Below, in pieces: positions 50,110 through 62,424 of a stretch of DNA of 64,000 nucleotides. Source of the stretch: Mobula hypostoma (lineage: Eukaryota); contig NC_086097.1 in NCBI RefSeq assembly GCF_963921235.1, forward strand, positions 33,792,001-33,856,000. Reading direction: 5' to 3'. The translations under genes and the position numbers were made by a program. Within the stretch, counting starts at the first letter, position 1. Every line of letters begins with the position of its first letter. The notes beneath the pieces are model-generated. The model did no database searches, was not told the origin of the DNA, and was given only the letters and a program-made list of their open reading frames with translations.

Positions 50110-51950
50110 CAGTTGAAGTCAGAAGTTTACATACACCTTAGCCAAATACATTTAAACTCAGTTTTTCACAATTCCTGACAATTAATCCTAGAAAACATTC
50201 TCTGTTTTAGGTCAGTTAGGATCACTACTGTATTGTGAAATGTCAGAATAATAGCAGAGAGAATGATTTATTTCAGCTTTTATTTCTTTCATCTCTTTCC
50301 CAGTGGGTCAGAAGTTTACATACACTTTGTTAGTATTTGGTAGCATTGCCTTTAAATTGTTTAACTTGGGTTAAGCGTTTTAGGCGGCCTTCCACAAGCT
50401 TCTCACAGTAAGTTGCTGGAATTTTGTTCCATTCCTCCAGACAGAACTGGTGTAACTGAGTCAGGTTTGTAGGCCTCCTTGCTCGCACATGCTTTTTCAC
50501 CCACAGATTTTCTATCGGATTGAGGTCAGGGCTGTGTGATGGCCACTCCAATACCTTGACTTTGTTGTCCTTAAGCAATTTTGCCACAACTTTGGAGGTA
50601 TGCTTGGGGTCATTGTCCATTTGGAAGATCCATTTGCAACCGAGCTTTAATTTCCTGTCTGATTTCTTGAGATGTTGCTTCAATATATCCACATAATTTT
50701 CCTTCCTCATGATGCCATCTATTTTGTGAAGTGCACCAGTCCCTTCTGCAGCAAAGCACCCCCACAACATGATGCTGCCACCCCCATGATTCATGGTTGG
50801 GATGGTGTTCTTCGGCTTGCAAGCCTCAGCCTTTTTCCTCCAAACATAACGATGGTCATTATGGCCAAACAGTTCAATTTTTGTTTCATCAGACCAGAGG
50901 ATGTTTCTGCAAAAAGTAATGTCTTTGTCCCCATGTGCACTTGCAAACTGTAGTCTGGCTTTTTTATGGTGGTTTTGAAGCAGTGGCTTCTTCCTTGCTG
51001 AGCAGCCTTTCAGGTTATGTCAATATGGGACTTATTTTACTGTGGATATAGATACTTGTCTATCTGTTTCCTCCAGCATCTTCACAAGGTCCTTTGCTGT
51101 TGTTCTGGGATTGATTTGCACTTTTCGCGCCAAAGTACGTTCATCTCTAGGAGACAGAATGCGGTATGACGGCTGTGTGGTCCAATGCTGTTTATACTTG
51201 TGTACTATTGTTTGTACAGATGAACATGGTACCTTCAGGCATTTGGAAATTGCTTCCAAGGATGAACCAGACTTGATATAATTTTCTGCCCTCAATCTGA
51301 TAGAAAATTTGTGGCAGAACTGAAAAAGCGTGTGCGAGCAAGGAGGCCTACAAACCTGACTCAGCTACACCAGACATTAAAATTGCTGGTGAATGCAGCA
51401 GGCCAGGCAGCATCTCTAGGAGGAGGTACAGTCGACGTTTCAGGCCGAGACCCTTCATCAGGATCTCGGGAAGGGTCTCGGCCTGAAACGTCGACTGTAC
51501 CTCCTCCTAGAGATGCTGCCTGGCCTGCTGCGTTTACCAGCAAACTTGATGTGTGTTGCCTCAATTTCCAGCATCTGTAGAATTCCTGTTGTTCAGTTAC
51601 ACCAGTTCTGTCTGGAAGAATGGAACAAAATTCCAGCAACTTACCGTGAGAAGCTTGTGGAAGGCTACACAAAATGTTTGACCCAAATTAAACAATTTAA
51701 AGGCAATGCTACCAAATACTAACAAAGTGTATGTAAACTTCTGACCCACTGGGAAAGTGATGAAAGAAATAAAAGCTGAAATAAATCATTCTCTCCACTA
51801 TTATTCTGACATTTCACATTCTTAAAATAAAGTAGTGATCCTAACTGACGTAAAACAGGGAATGTTTTCTAGGATTAACTGTCAGGAATTGTGAAAAACT
51901 GAGTTTAAATGTGTTTGGCTAAGGTGTATGTAAACTTCTGACTTCAACTG
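50110..51950 (-). mobile_element. Sleeping Beauty-like (IR/DR) Tc1 transposon, rearranged, with two right ends
   Basis: Both ends read CAGTTGAAGTCAGAAGTTTACATACACCTTAGCCAAA, with inner DRs at ~50299-50326 and ~51727-51753. Minus-strand transposase KSGSSL..KVPCSSVQT...HGGGSIMLWGCF...MDNDPKH...SPDLNPIENLW...QFKGNATKY. Flanks TG/TA inside a CR1 3' end (~49870-52100). Confidence 0.92.
51374..51592. mobile_element. Palindromic PLE-end insertion inside the Tc1 element
   Basis: 62-bp perfect inverted arms 51395-51456 and 51470-51531. 13-bp TSD TCAG(C/T)TACACCAG at 51361-51373 and 51593-51605. Confidence 0.9.
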
Positions 51951-52404
51951 TAATTACAGCATTTAAAGGACTTTTGGAGAGGTACAGGAAAGATTTAAAG
52001 GACTGTGGGCCCAAAGCAAAGAGACTGGCTGAGACAGGGATTTCTGTCAGTAAGGGTGAGGTGGGATAAGGAACCTGTTTCTGTGCTATGAACCTTTGTG
52101 AATCTAACATGCTGCTATCTGTCTGTATGTTAAGACTGTGATTCTTTGAGACAACAGCATTATTCACTGTGACTGTTTTTCAAGCAATTTCAAAACAGGA
52201 CCACAGCAGAAGGACATATATCAGAGAAACCCAACACAAAGATATCAGTACAAGGGCCTGCAATAATATTTCACCTGAACTCTGGAGTGACATGTAATGA
52301 TCGAAATCAAACCATCAATGCTGTGCAGGCAGGGAGATGTGCTATTGATGTACAAAAAATTACCTTGTCAAATTGCTGTCTGAATGTGCTCGATCCAAAT
52401 AATC

Positions 52405-54325
52405 GAGACCATAACATAAGACCATAAGCTCCTAAGACCTATGAGCAGAATTAGGCCATTTGGCCCGTTGGGTCTGCTCACGGCTGATTCAATTTTCCTC
52501 TTAGCCCCAAACTGCTGACTTCTTTCCACATCCCTTCATGCCCTGACTTAATCAAGAATCTATCAACCTCTGCCTTAAATACATATAAAGATTTGACCTT
52601 CAAAGCTGCCTGCGGCAACAAATTCTACAGATTTGCCACTCTCTGGTTAAAGAAATTCCTTTGCATCTCCTTTTAAAGGACGCCTCTCTGTTCTGAGACT
52701 GTGCGCTCTGGTCTTAGACTCCCCCACCATAGGAAACATCCTCTCCACATCCACTCTTTCACCATTTGATTGGCTTCAGTGAAGTCACCCCTCATTCTTC
52801 TGAATTCTGGCGAAAGCAGGTCCAGAGTCATCAAACGCTCTTCATATGACAAGCCATTCAATCCTGGAATCATTATTGTGAACCTCCTTTGAACTCTTTC
52901 CAGTTTCAGCACATCCTTTCTAAGATAAGGGACCCAAAACTGCTCACAATATTCCAAGTGAGGCCTCACCAGTGCTTTACAAAGTCTCAACATCACATCT
53001 TTGTTTTTATATTCTATCCTCTTGAAATGAATTCTAACATTGCATTTGCCTTCCTCACCACAGACTCAACTTGCAAATTAAATGGTAGGAAATCCTGCAC
53101 AAGGACACACTTTCCATCTCGGTTTCTTTCTATTTTCTCTCCATTTAGAAAATGTTCAACCCTTTCATTTCTTCTCCCAATTACATGACCATATACTTCC
53201 CAATACTATATTCCATCTGCCATTTCTTTGCCCATTCTCCCAATCTGTCTAACTCCTTCTGTAGCCTCTCTACTTCCTCAAAACTACTTGGTCCTCCATC
53301 TATATTCATATCATCTGTAAACTTTGCAACAAAGTCGTCAATACCGTCATCCAAATCACTGACGTATAACGCAAAAAGAATCAGTCCCAACACAGACCCT
53401 TGTGGAAAACCGCTAGTCACTGGCAGCCAGCCAGTAAAGGCTCCCTTTATTCCCGCTCTTTGCCTCCAGCCAGTCAGCCACTGCTTTATCCATGCTAGAA
53501 TCCTTCCTGTAATACCATGGGCTCATAGTTTGTTAATTAGCTTCATGTGTGGCACCTTGTCAAAGGCCTTCTGAAATTTCAAGAAAACAACATCAACTGA
53601 TTCTCCTTTGACTAACCTGCTTGTTATTTCTTCAAAGAATTCCAACAGACTTATCAGGCAAGATTTTCCCTTGAGAAACCATGCTGACTATGGCCTAGTT
53701 TATCATGGGCCTCTGAATACCCTGAGACAATCAACTCCCACATCTTCCCAACCACTGATGTCAGACTAACTGGCCTATAATTTCCTTTCTTCTTCCTCTC
53801 TCCTTTCTTTGAAGAGTGGAGTGACATTTGTAATTTTCCAGTCTTCTGGAGCCATTCCAGAATCTAGTGATTCTTGAAAGATCATTACTAATGCCTCCAC
53901 AATCTCTTCAGCCACCTCTTTCTGAACCCTGGGGTGTACACCATCTGGTCCTGGTGGCTTATTTACCTTCAGATCTTTCAGTTTCCCAAGAACTTTCTCT
54001 CTAGTTATGGAATCTTCACACACTTCATGCCCCCTGACACCTGGAACTCCCACCATACTGCTAGTGTCTTCCACAGTGAAGACTGATGCAAAATACTTAT
54101 TCAGTTCATCCGCTATTTCTTTGTCCCCCAGCATAGTTTCCAGTGATCTGATATCCACTCTCACCTCTTTTTTACACTTTACATATCTGAAGAAACTTTT
54201 GGTATCCTTTTTAATATTATTGGCTAGCTTACTTACGTATTCCATTGTTTGCCTTCTTAATGACTTATTTAGTTGCCTTATATTGGTTTTTAAAAACATC
54301 CCAATCCTCTAACTTCCCACTAATC
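52405..54325 (-). mobile_element. CR1 LINE (RT and 3' end)
   Basis: ADELNKYFASVFTVED, KPPGPDGVHPRV, SGFPQGSVLG, KFTDD, LVRPHLEYCEQFW. (accataag)n tail. Confidence 0.92.
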
Positions 54326-55072
54326 TTTGCTATAGTCATCACTGTACATACCTTGCAGCAAAGCATAGAGAATTAACATATATTTGTTAGTGTGTGCAAA
54401 GAACTAGTGTTGAGGAACTGTATTATATCTAGGTGGTTAGCAATGTGCTTGTAATAAAATTCAATCTCTAGAGTTTCTTTTGAAAGCTTTATGTTTTTGT
54501 ACAATCCTCTCCCTTTGTGGTCAATGAGATACGCAAGCGTCTTTATTTACTGTATGTCTGCTCTGGTTTATGCGCCACAGGCCAGTTCAATATGTAGTTT
54601 AAACTCTTGCTTCCAATCCATTCTGTAGATTGGTTACTTGTCTGGAAATCCAATTATTTGGATGACTTTTTTTTGTTCCATCATTCACTATCTCAATGGA
54701 ATCACAAATCTCATTTGGAACATTTAAAGCCTCCCCTTTGCAAGCAGCAACAGTTTTCAAATGTACTTAATTATTTTTTGCCTCATACTGTATATTACTG
54801 TTGGGAAACCTTACATTCTATGTGCAAGTCACAGCAACTTTCAAGATGAATATTTTTGATTTCATAGACTTAGAAATTCGATAGTTCTAGTTTTATTGTG
54901 TGAGATTGGTGAGTGCAGTTTAAAATGGAGAAAGGGTGAACTATTTTTCTGATCCATCTATCATGCATAGATATCACTCTGAGCAATTGCTGACGTGTTT
55001 AGTTCCATCTCTGGTAGAAGACTTGGCCATTCAGAAAGTAGCCCAGTTCTTCCAATTGTAATCCCCTTAACG

Positions 55073-55138
55073 CAGGGTTTCCCAACATTTCTATACCATT
55101 AACTGAGGGGTCCCTAGACCCCAGGTTGGGAACCTGTG
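55073..55138. mobile_element. Tiny hAT-type MITE (66 bp)
   Basis: cagggtttcccaac / gttgggaacctgtg; imperfect 8-bp TSD CCTTAACG / CCTTAGAG. Confidence 0.5.
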
Positions 55139-56139
55139 CCTTAGAGTAAGTATTTTTTCCACATCATTGCCAGTGCACTCAGTGATGTCAACAATGCATG
55201 TGCATAGCCATGACTTCCCTTTGACAGAAATTGGTGCAATTGTCATGACCAATAACCTGCAACGTTCGCCAGCTAGGAGCTATCTGTGTCACAATCAAGA
55301 ACCATACAGAGGGAGATAATTTTTTTCTAACAAACACTGACCACACCAACATTGCATTGTCTATTTCCTGATCTTTTCTCAACAGACAGCACTGTGCACG
55401 TCACTGCAAGAAGCTGTATCCTGTGGTCAAGCTGGCTGTAGAAATTACTAGGCTGGAAATGACGTCACTGAAAGGATCGCTGCAGTCATGGTGCAGGAGG
55501 GAGGATAGATTTGGAAGTAGGGATGTTCCCGAAAGACCCATGCATGGTGCCCCCAAGTTTACTGATGTTATGCTAGGGTTTAGGCAGTGTGCAGAACTCT
55601 ATCATCTTTGTGAGGAATTGACCATGCAAGTGAACTCCAGGAACCTGTCTCTAAGAACATAGCTGCTCTAAAATATGTTCATTAGCCTCACCAAGAACAT
55701 TACTGCTTCTGCCCTCTGCTCACTCCTCCGTTACTTTCAGTTTTAAAAAAGCAGCCATCCAGATTGGTGCTCTTTCAGTACCCTCAGCATTCACTTTCTC
55801 TATTGCCAGTGCACTGTGGCTCCAGTGTGTTCTGTATAACACTGCACTCCCTTCAGTAACTTGACAAAGCATCTTTATTAGGGGCTTGCACATCCAAGAC
55901 CTCCATCACCAAGAATGACAAGATCAGCAGGAGAAGTGAACATCCCTACAAGAGAACATGTTACATGCCCAAAACCATGTCATCATAACTTTGGAAATGT
56001 AATACAGTACCATTAACTTGTGGTCACTAGGTCTGAGATCTTGGAACTCCTCACCAACAGCACGGTGGGAACACCTTCATTTGGACTTCAGTGGTTCAAG
56101 AAGTCAGCACACTATCAATTTCTCAAGCACATTTAAGGA

Positions 56140-57433
56140 TGGATGCAGTGCAGTAATTGCAGAACAATTGCATTGATATCACACGCCAGCAAGGTTCTAC
56201 TCATAATCATCTCTGAGAAACTAAAGAATGATGTAGATAGAGAAATTGCACTTGAATAGGCTGGCTTCAGGAGTGGTCGAGGCACCAGGGACCAGCTCTT
56301 CAACATGCGCCTAATAATGGAGAAAATGAGAGAGGTCAATACCCCGCTGTACATCTGCTTCATAGACCACTCAAAGGCGTTTGACTGTGTCCAATACACC
56401 AAACTGTGGATGACAATGATTCAACTGGGCGTGGCACCACACCTAGTGGCTCTTCTGGAAACACTGTATGCTACGCAATCCTCCAGCCTTCGGACCACAT
56501 CTGGCGAGACTGAATCATTCTGCAATGGGAAAGGAGTCCGCCAAGGCTGCATCCTTTCTCCACGCCTTTTTAACATCTACACTGAGGTAATCATGAGACT
56601 GGCAACTCCAGACAACACTGGTGTTAAAATAGGAGGAAGAACCATCAGTAACTTGAGATACTCAGATGACACAGCCCTGCTAGCCACAACTGAAGAAGAC
56701 CTACAAGCACTACTCAATAATATTGCAAAAGTCTCTGCTGAATTTGGATTGCTGATAAATGGCAAAAAGACCAAAGTTATGGTGATAAGCAGAACTGCAA
56801 CTCAAGCTGATATCTACATTGGAAATGACAAGATCGAACAAGTTTCCTCCTTTATTTACCTTGGTGCAGAACTAAATGACACAAACAAATGCAGCGAGGA
56901 AATAAGGCGAAGGCTAGCAATGGCATGCACAGGAACTACCAAACTCTGGAACGTCTGGAAAGATAGATCTGTGAGCACAGACCCCAAGATACGCCTCCTC
57001 AAGAGTCCCGTCTGGCCAGTAACCCTATATGGCTGTGAAACATGGACCCTCAAAGCAGCTGATGAAAAGAAGTTGACAGCATTTGAGATATGGACGTACA
57101 GACGGATCCTCAGGGTATCATACATTGAAAGGAGATCCAACAATTTCAACCTAGAAAAGACTGGCACGAAACCAATACTTCTGGAAACCGTTACCCAAAG
57201 GAAACTTCGTTATTTTGGACACATCTCAAGAACTGATGACACACTGGAACGCACTGTGCTTGAAGGCAGAGTAGAAAGAAGCCGCTCCCAAGGCAGACAG
57301 AGGACAACATCAAGAAGCGGACCAGCCTCACCGCCAGAGATGCAAGCGGTTTGACTGCCGACAGATGGCAGTGGAAGAAAGTGGTCACCGAGGCTCTGGC
57401 AGAGTATGGCACATGATGATGATGATGATGATG
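56140..57433 (+). mobile_element. RTE-clade LINE, 5'-truncated, near-intact RT region
   Basis: NCRTIALISHASKVLL, AGFRSGRGTRDQ, FIDHSKAFDCV, GVRQGCILSP, NLRYSDD, LYGCETWT (ORF 56305-57354). (GAT)n tail at 57413-57433. Confidence 0.9.
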
Positions 57434-57529
57434 AGTACATGTCTTGCCGGCTGTACCCCGTCTCACATGGGAATGAAAAAGCACTCACTCATCACCTCCT
57501 TTCAGTCGCCTCCTGTTGGTGACCCTTTA

Positions 57530-57865
57530 TTGCATCTTAAAGATTAGCTTTATTTGTCACATGCATGTCGAAACACAGTGAAATGCATCATTTTGCATCA
57601 ACGACCGACACAGTCCGAGGATGTGCTGGGGGCAGCCCACAAGTGTCGCTACGCTTCCAGCACCAACACAGCATGCCGACAACTCACTGACCCTAGGCAC
57701 TCGTCTTTGGAATTTAGGAAGAAACTGGAGCACCAGGAGGAAACCCACCTGGTCACAGAGAAAACATGCAAACTCCTAACAGTCAGTGGCAGGAATCGAA
57801 CCCTGATCGGTGATCGCTGGCGCTCTATGTGATTGCTCTAACCACTACGCTAACGTGCCACCCAG
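57530..57865 (-). mobile_element. tRNA-derived V-domain SINE with Rex-type tail
   Basis: Head ggtggcacgttagcgtagtggttag, B box gggttcgattcc, V-domain gtttgcatgttttctctgtgacc; tail gtgacaaataaagctaatctt. Confidence 0.78.
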
Positions 57866-59395
57866 TCACAGCTTTCCCGTCTGCTTCTTCATTCCTTGCT
57901 CCTTCACCATTCACTTCTAATATCACAACGCACTAATTATCCTACCAAGATCTGTGGATGCTCTAAATCTCTTAAAAGGCTGCTGTGGACATAAATCAAT
58001 CTTCCTTGCTGAAAAAACAACAACTGTTAAGTCAGCATTGGATATGATAAGATTTCAGAATTAATTGCAAAAATTAAAGCTCTTGATGTAGGTGGTAACA
58101 AGGTGTACAGATAGAAGATTGGTTGACTAACAGGAAATAGAACAGACAAGAATGGCTCTTTATCTGGAAGTTCAGATACAATGAATGGTATGCCACAGTG
58201 ATCAGTATTGGGGTCTCAACCATTTGCAATTTATATAATTAAGTGCAGTATGGCTGCTAAATATGCTGATGATCTAACAATAGATAATATAGAAAGTTGT
58301 AAAGAGGATATGAAGAGGCTATAAATGGATGTAGATAAGCTAAGTGAGTGCGCAATAATGCAGCAAATGGAACACAATGTGGGAACAGAGTTCATTTTGG
58401 GAGAAGAATAAAAAAAAAACAGTCATATCTAAATGATGAGAGGCTCAGTATGTCCTTAACGCATGCCTTGCAATTGTACTCTGTCTATATTTCTCACAGC
58501 GTCAGTAAAGCAGTCAACGTCATCAAGGGCCCCTCCCACACTGGACATTCTCACTTCTCCCTCCTCCCAGTAGGCAGAAGATCACAAAACCCTGACAGCA
58601 TGTACCACCATGCTCAAGGACAACTTCTACCCCACTGTGTTAACAATACTGAATGGTATCGTCTATGATAAAGTGTACTCTAGACCTCCCAATCTGCCTC
58701 ATTATAGACCTGTACCTTATCAACCAGTCTGCCTACCTTCCACTTTCTCTCTACTGTAACACTATATTCTGTGATGCCTGTACTTGCTGAAGTTCAGAAG
58801 AATGTGGGAGATGATTTGACTGAAGTATGTAAGACCCTGAGAGGTCTCAGCAGGCTTGGAATCATGAGAAAACTTCCTCCTTCAGGAAACTTTGGAACTG
58901 CAGGTCCCTGTTTAAAACTAAGTGGTTGCCTATTTTAGCAGGGATGAGGTGAAACGTTTTTCTTACACAAATCTTTGGGAATTTTCTTCCTCAAAGGGAA
59001 GCAGAGTCTTGGAATATTTTGAAGGCAGAGGTAGATAGTTACTCACATAGCAGCCTCGTAAATTGTGCTTTCCTACAAACTAATTGCATCTCAGATGCAA
59101 TCACTGATACAAAGTAGAAAGCTTGCAACCGATCTGTAATCTCCCACAGCTGCATGTGAAAATGATCTTGTAACTTATTTTCATGATACTGATGGCATGT
59201 TAACTATTACCCAATGATATTTTGAAATGGTGATCTACATTTATATAGTACTTTGGATATAGCACCCTGGTTGAAGTTTCTGTACCTCTTCCAGGCAGCA
59301 CTTCCTTATTCTTGTGCTGAATATTTGTGCATACTTTAAATATCTGATATATACTCTCAGACAGAGTATGACACATCATGATGGGGAACTAATTT

Positions 59396-60242
59396 CAGAA
59401 TCAGAATCAGAATCAGGTTTATTATCATCGGCATGTGGCGTGAAATTTGTTTTCTTGGTAGCAGCAGTTCAATGCAAGACATAATATAGAAGAAAATAAA
59501 TAAATAAATAAATCTATACAGTATATATATATTGAATATATTTTTAAAAAAGTGAGGTAGTGTCCAAGGGTTCGATGTCCATTTAGGAATCGGATGGCAG
59601 AGGTGAAGAAGCTGTTCCTGAATCGTTGAGTGTGTGCCTTCAGGCTTCTGTACCTCCCACCTGATGGTAACAGTGAGAATAGGGCATGCCCTGAGTGATG
59701 GAGATCGCTGCCTTTCTGAGACACTGCTCCTTGAAGTGGCCTGGGTACTTTGTAGTCTAGTAACCAAGATAGAGCTGACTAAATTTACAACTCTCTGCAG
59801 CTTCTTTTGGTCCTGTGCAGCAACTCCCCCCCCCCACCCCACCATACATTACAGTGATGTAGCCTGTCAGAATGCTCTCTCTGGTACAAATATAGAAGTT
59901 TTTGAGTGTATTTGTTGACATAACAACTCTCTTCAGACTCCTAATAAAGTATAGCCGCTGTCTTGCCTTCTCTCTAACTGCATCAATATGTTGGGACCAG
60001 GTTAGATCCTCAGAAATCTTGACACCCAGGAACTTGAAACTGCTCACTCTCTTCACTTCTGATCCCCCTATGAGGATTGGTATGTGTTCCTTCGTCTTAC
60101 CCTTCCTGAAGTCCACAATCAGCTTTCGTCTTACTGACATTGAGTGCCAGGTTGTTGCTGTGGCACCACTCCACTAGTTGGCATATCTCACTCCTATACG
60201 CCCTCTCATCACCATCTGAGATTCTACCAACAATGGTTGTAT
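59396..60242 (-). mobile_element. Rex-Babar LINE 3' portion
   Basis: LIVDFRK...FKFLGVKISEDLTWSQH...KARQRLYFIRSL and LLPSGGRYRSLKAHTQRFRNSFF. (agaatc)n tail. Confidence 0.9.
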
Positions 60243-61505
60243 CCAGATGGATAGGGTATCAGCTACCATATACAATATAGGACACCTGTTAACACCTAAA
60301 AATTGGATTCTAGATGATCAACCAATTAATGCTTTTACATTGAAATAAATTAAGTTTAATATATCGGATGCACCTGAACAATATGTAAACCAGATTCGAT
60401 ATTGCACAGGATTTATAATTAGGCAATGTTAAACGGAAGTGGCCCCTCCCAGAATCTGTAGTAGAGAATCACTTCAGGAGCTGAGTTACGTTATGGAAAA
60501 GTCTATTTTTGTGCTCTTCTAACACTTGTTACCGAATTAGGTGAATTATTTGATTCTGAGTGAGGCTCACTTTAGAATCAACTTTTGCTAAAATGGTAAT
60601 AAACACATGTCAGCATTAAGTGTTGGCAAATGGTTACTGGATGCTACGTGGTAGCTGCTCCTTTGACATGGGTTGGGAATGACACATCACTCATAAGCCC
60701 ATTTCCCAAAGATGTAGCAATAAATGAATGGAAAGGAAAAATAAAACACCCTAGCAATACCAACAGAATACGTACGAGAGGGAACCTCAAATGGGCTGAA
60801 ACTCGCTGAAACATGGCTATGTGGGCACTTTATCAAATTAACTTGAAGTCTCATTGCTAGGTAGTACTGTGGTTTTCACACAGTTAGAACATCCGCATTT
60901 TGTTGTCACAGCAACTCAGCAGCGGTCACTGAACGTCAGACTAAGAACCAATTTAAAATTTTAAGGAAGTAACTGCGTCTTTTCTTTTAAATTTCATTCT
61001 TTTTTTTTCCTTTTGCAATTACAGAAACAAGACCAACTAGCTGACAATTCCAATTTACATAAGTTGAATTATGCCTGGATTGCTTTTCCTGAATCAACTG
61101 GAAGTACCCCAGCGTCTCCATTTGTGTTTAAACACATGCAGTTAACTTGGCAGGGTCAGCTAACCTGGTGTTGTAATTAGTAACGCTGGTGCAAAGTGAC
61201 AAGCTACATGTGGCAGACCTCTTTTGATTTGGACAAGAAACAACTGACATAAATCCAAAACCAAAGGATTATTAATGAATATTCCTTTAAGTTTTGCTGG
61301 GGTTGTAAACTTCACTATGAGTACTAGCACATACACAGAAGTGGAACAAGACTAGGAAGAATGAACTGGAGTTCGGTTCTGTTTCGACCAGCAGTTCATT
61401 TGAGCTCAGAGGTCTTGCTACGTTGGCATGCATAGAAATTCTACACATTGCCTATTTCTCTATGGCTGTTACTTGCTTGTGCTGTCAAACCTTTTAAATT
61501 AAATA

Positions 61506-62295
61506 CAGTGCTGTGCAAAAATCATAGGCACACATATATAGATAGAGCAACACACACAAAACACTGGAGGAAATCAGCAGATCACGCAGCATCTATGGAA
61601 AAGAGTAAACAGTTGACATTTTGGGCTGAGACCCTGCTTCAGTCTGAAAGAAGGGTCTCAGCCTAAAACATCAACTGCTTTATGCTTTTTCATAGATGCC
61701 GCCTGAACTGCTGAGTTCCTCCAGTGTTTTGTGCATGTTGCCTTGGATTTCTAGCATCTGCAGACTTTCTCGTGTTTGTTATATACTGCTAGGGTGCCTA
61801 TGACTTTTGCACAGTACTGTATTTGTCAACGTGGAGCGGACAGAGAGTTTGTAAATCTGGCAGGAGCAAAGAACGTTGGGAATGGGAGGGTGGAGTGTCA
61901 CGGGAAGGGTGTGGGAAAGGTGGCAGAAAACGAGTCCCAGGGGTGGGGGTGGTGCGGGTGCAGACACACCCAGACCTGAGACGCCAGGTAAGGTCATTTG
62001 ATTCCAGATGATTGGTTTATTGATCATTACAGAATGTCTCTCTGGTGCTGCCCACTCCTTCCCCTCTCCCTTCTCCCTTTCCAAACCATGATTCCCCTCT
62101 CCCTGCCCCCTTCCCATTCTCAATCCACAAGAGAGACCTATATCAGAATCAGGTTTATCTTCACTCACATTTGTCATAAGATTTGCTTTTCTTTGCAGCA
62201 GCAGTACAATGGAATACATAAAATTACTGCAGTACTATGCAAAAGTCATGGGCACCTTAGCTATATATATGTGCCTAAGACTTTTGCACAGTACG
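61506..62295. mobile_element. Composite Tc1/mariner-type MITE: two mutually inverted mini-palindromes flanking ~410 bp of cargo
   Basis: Units 61506-61819 (TA-flanked, interrupted by a PLE-end palindrome) and 62230-62295 each carry the TIR pair cagtactgtgcaaaagtc.taggcac. Confidence 0.7.
61546..61778. mobile_element. Palindromic PLE-end insertion (degenerate hammerhead arms)
   Basis: Inverted arms ...ttgggctgagaccct / agggtctcagcctaaaa... centred near 61643; terminal gatttctagcatctgcagactttctcgtgttt. Confidence 0.8.
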
Positions 62296-62424
62296 TATAA
62301 TTGGAAGGTAGAAGCAGATTTGGAAAAATTAACAATATAAACTTTGATGGGTTCTTCCAAAAGTTTTGCAAACCCCACAGTTGTAAAATGTAAATGGGTA
62401 TGTAGTGAGAAATGGATAGCATTG

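Noticed and set aside
51311..51672. Overlapping ORFs with internally mirrored peptides
   Set aside because: Artefact of the DNA palindrome inserted in the Tc1 remnant.
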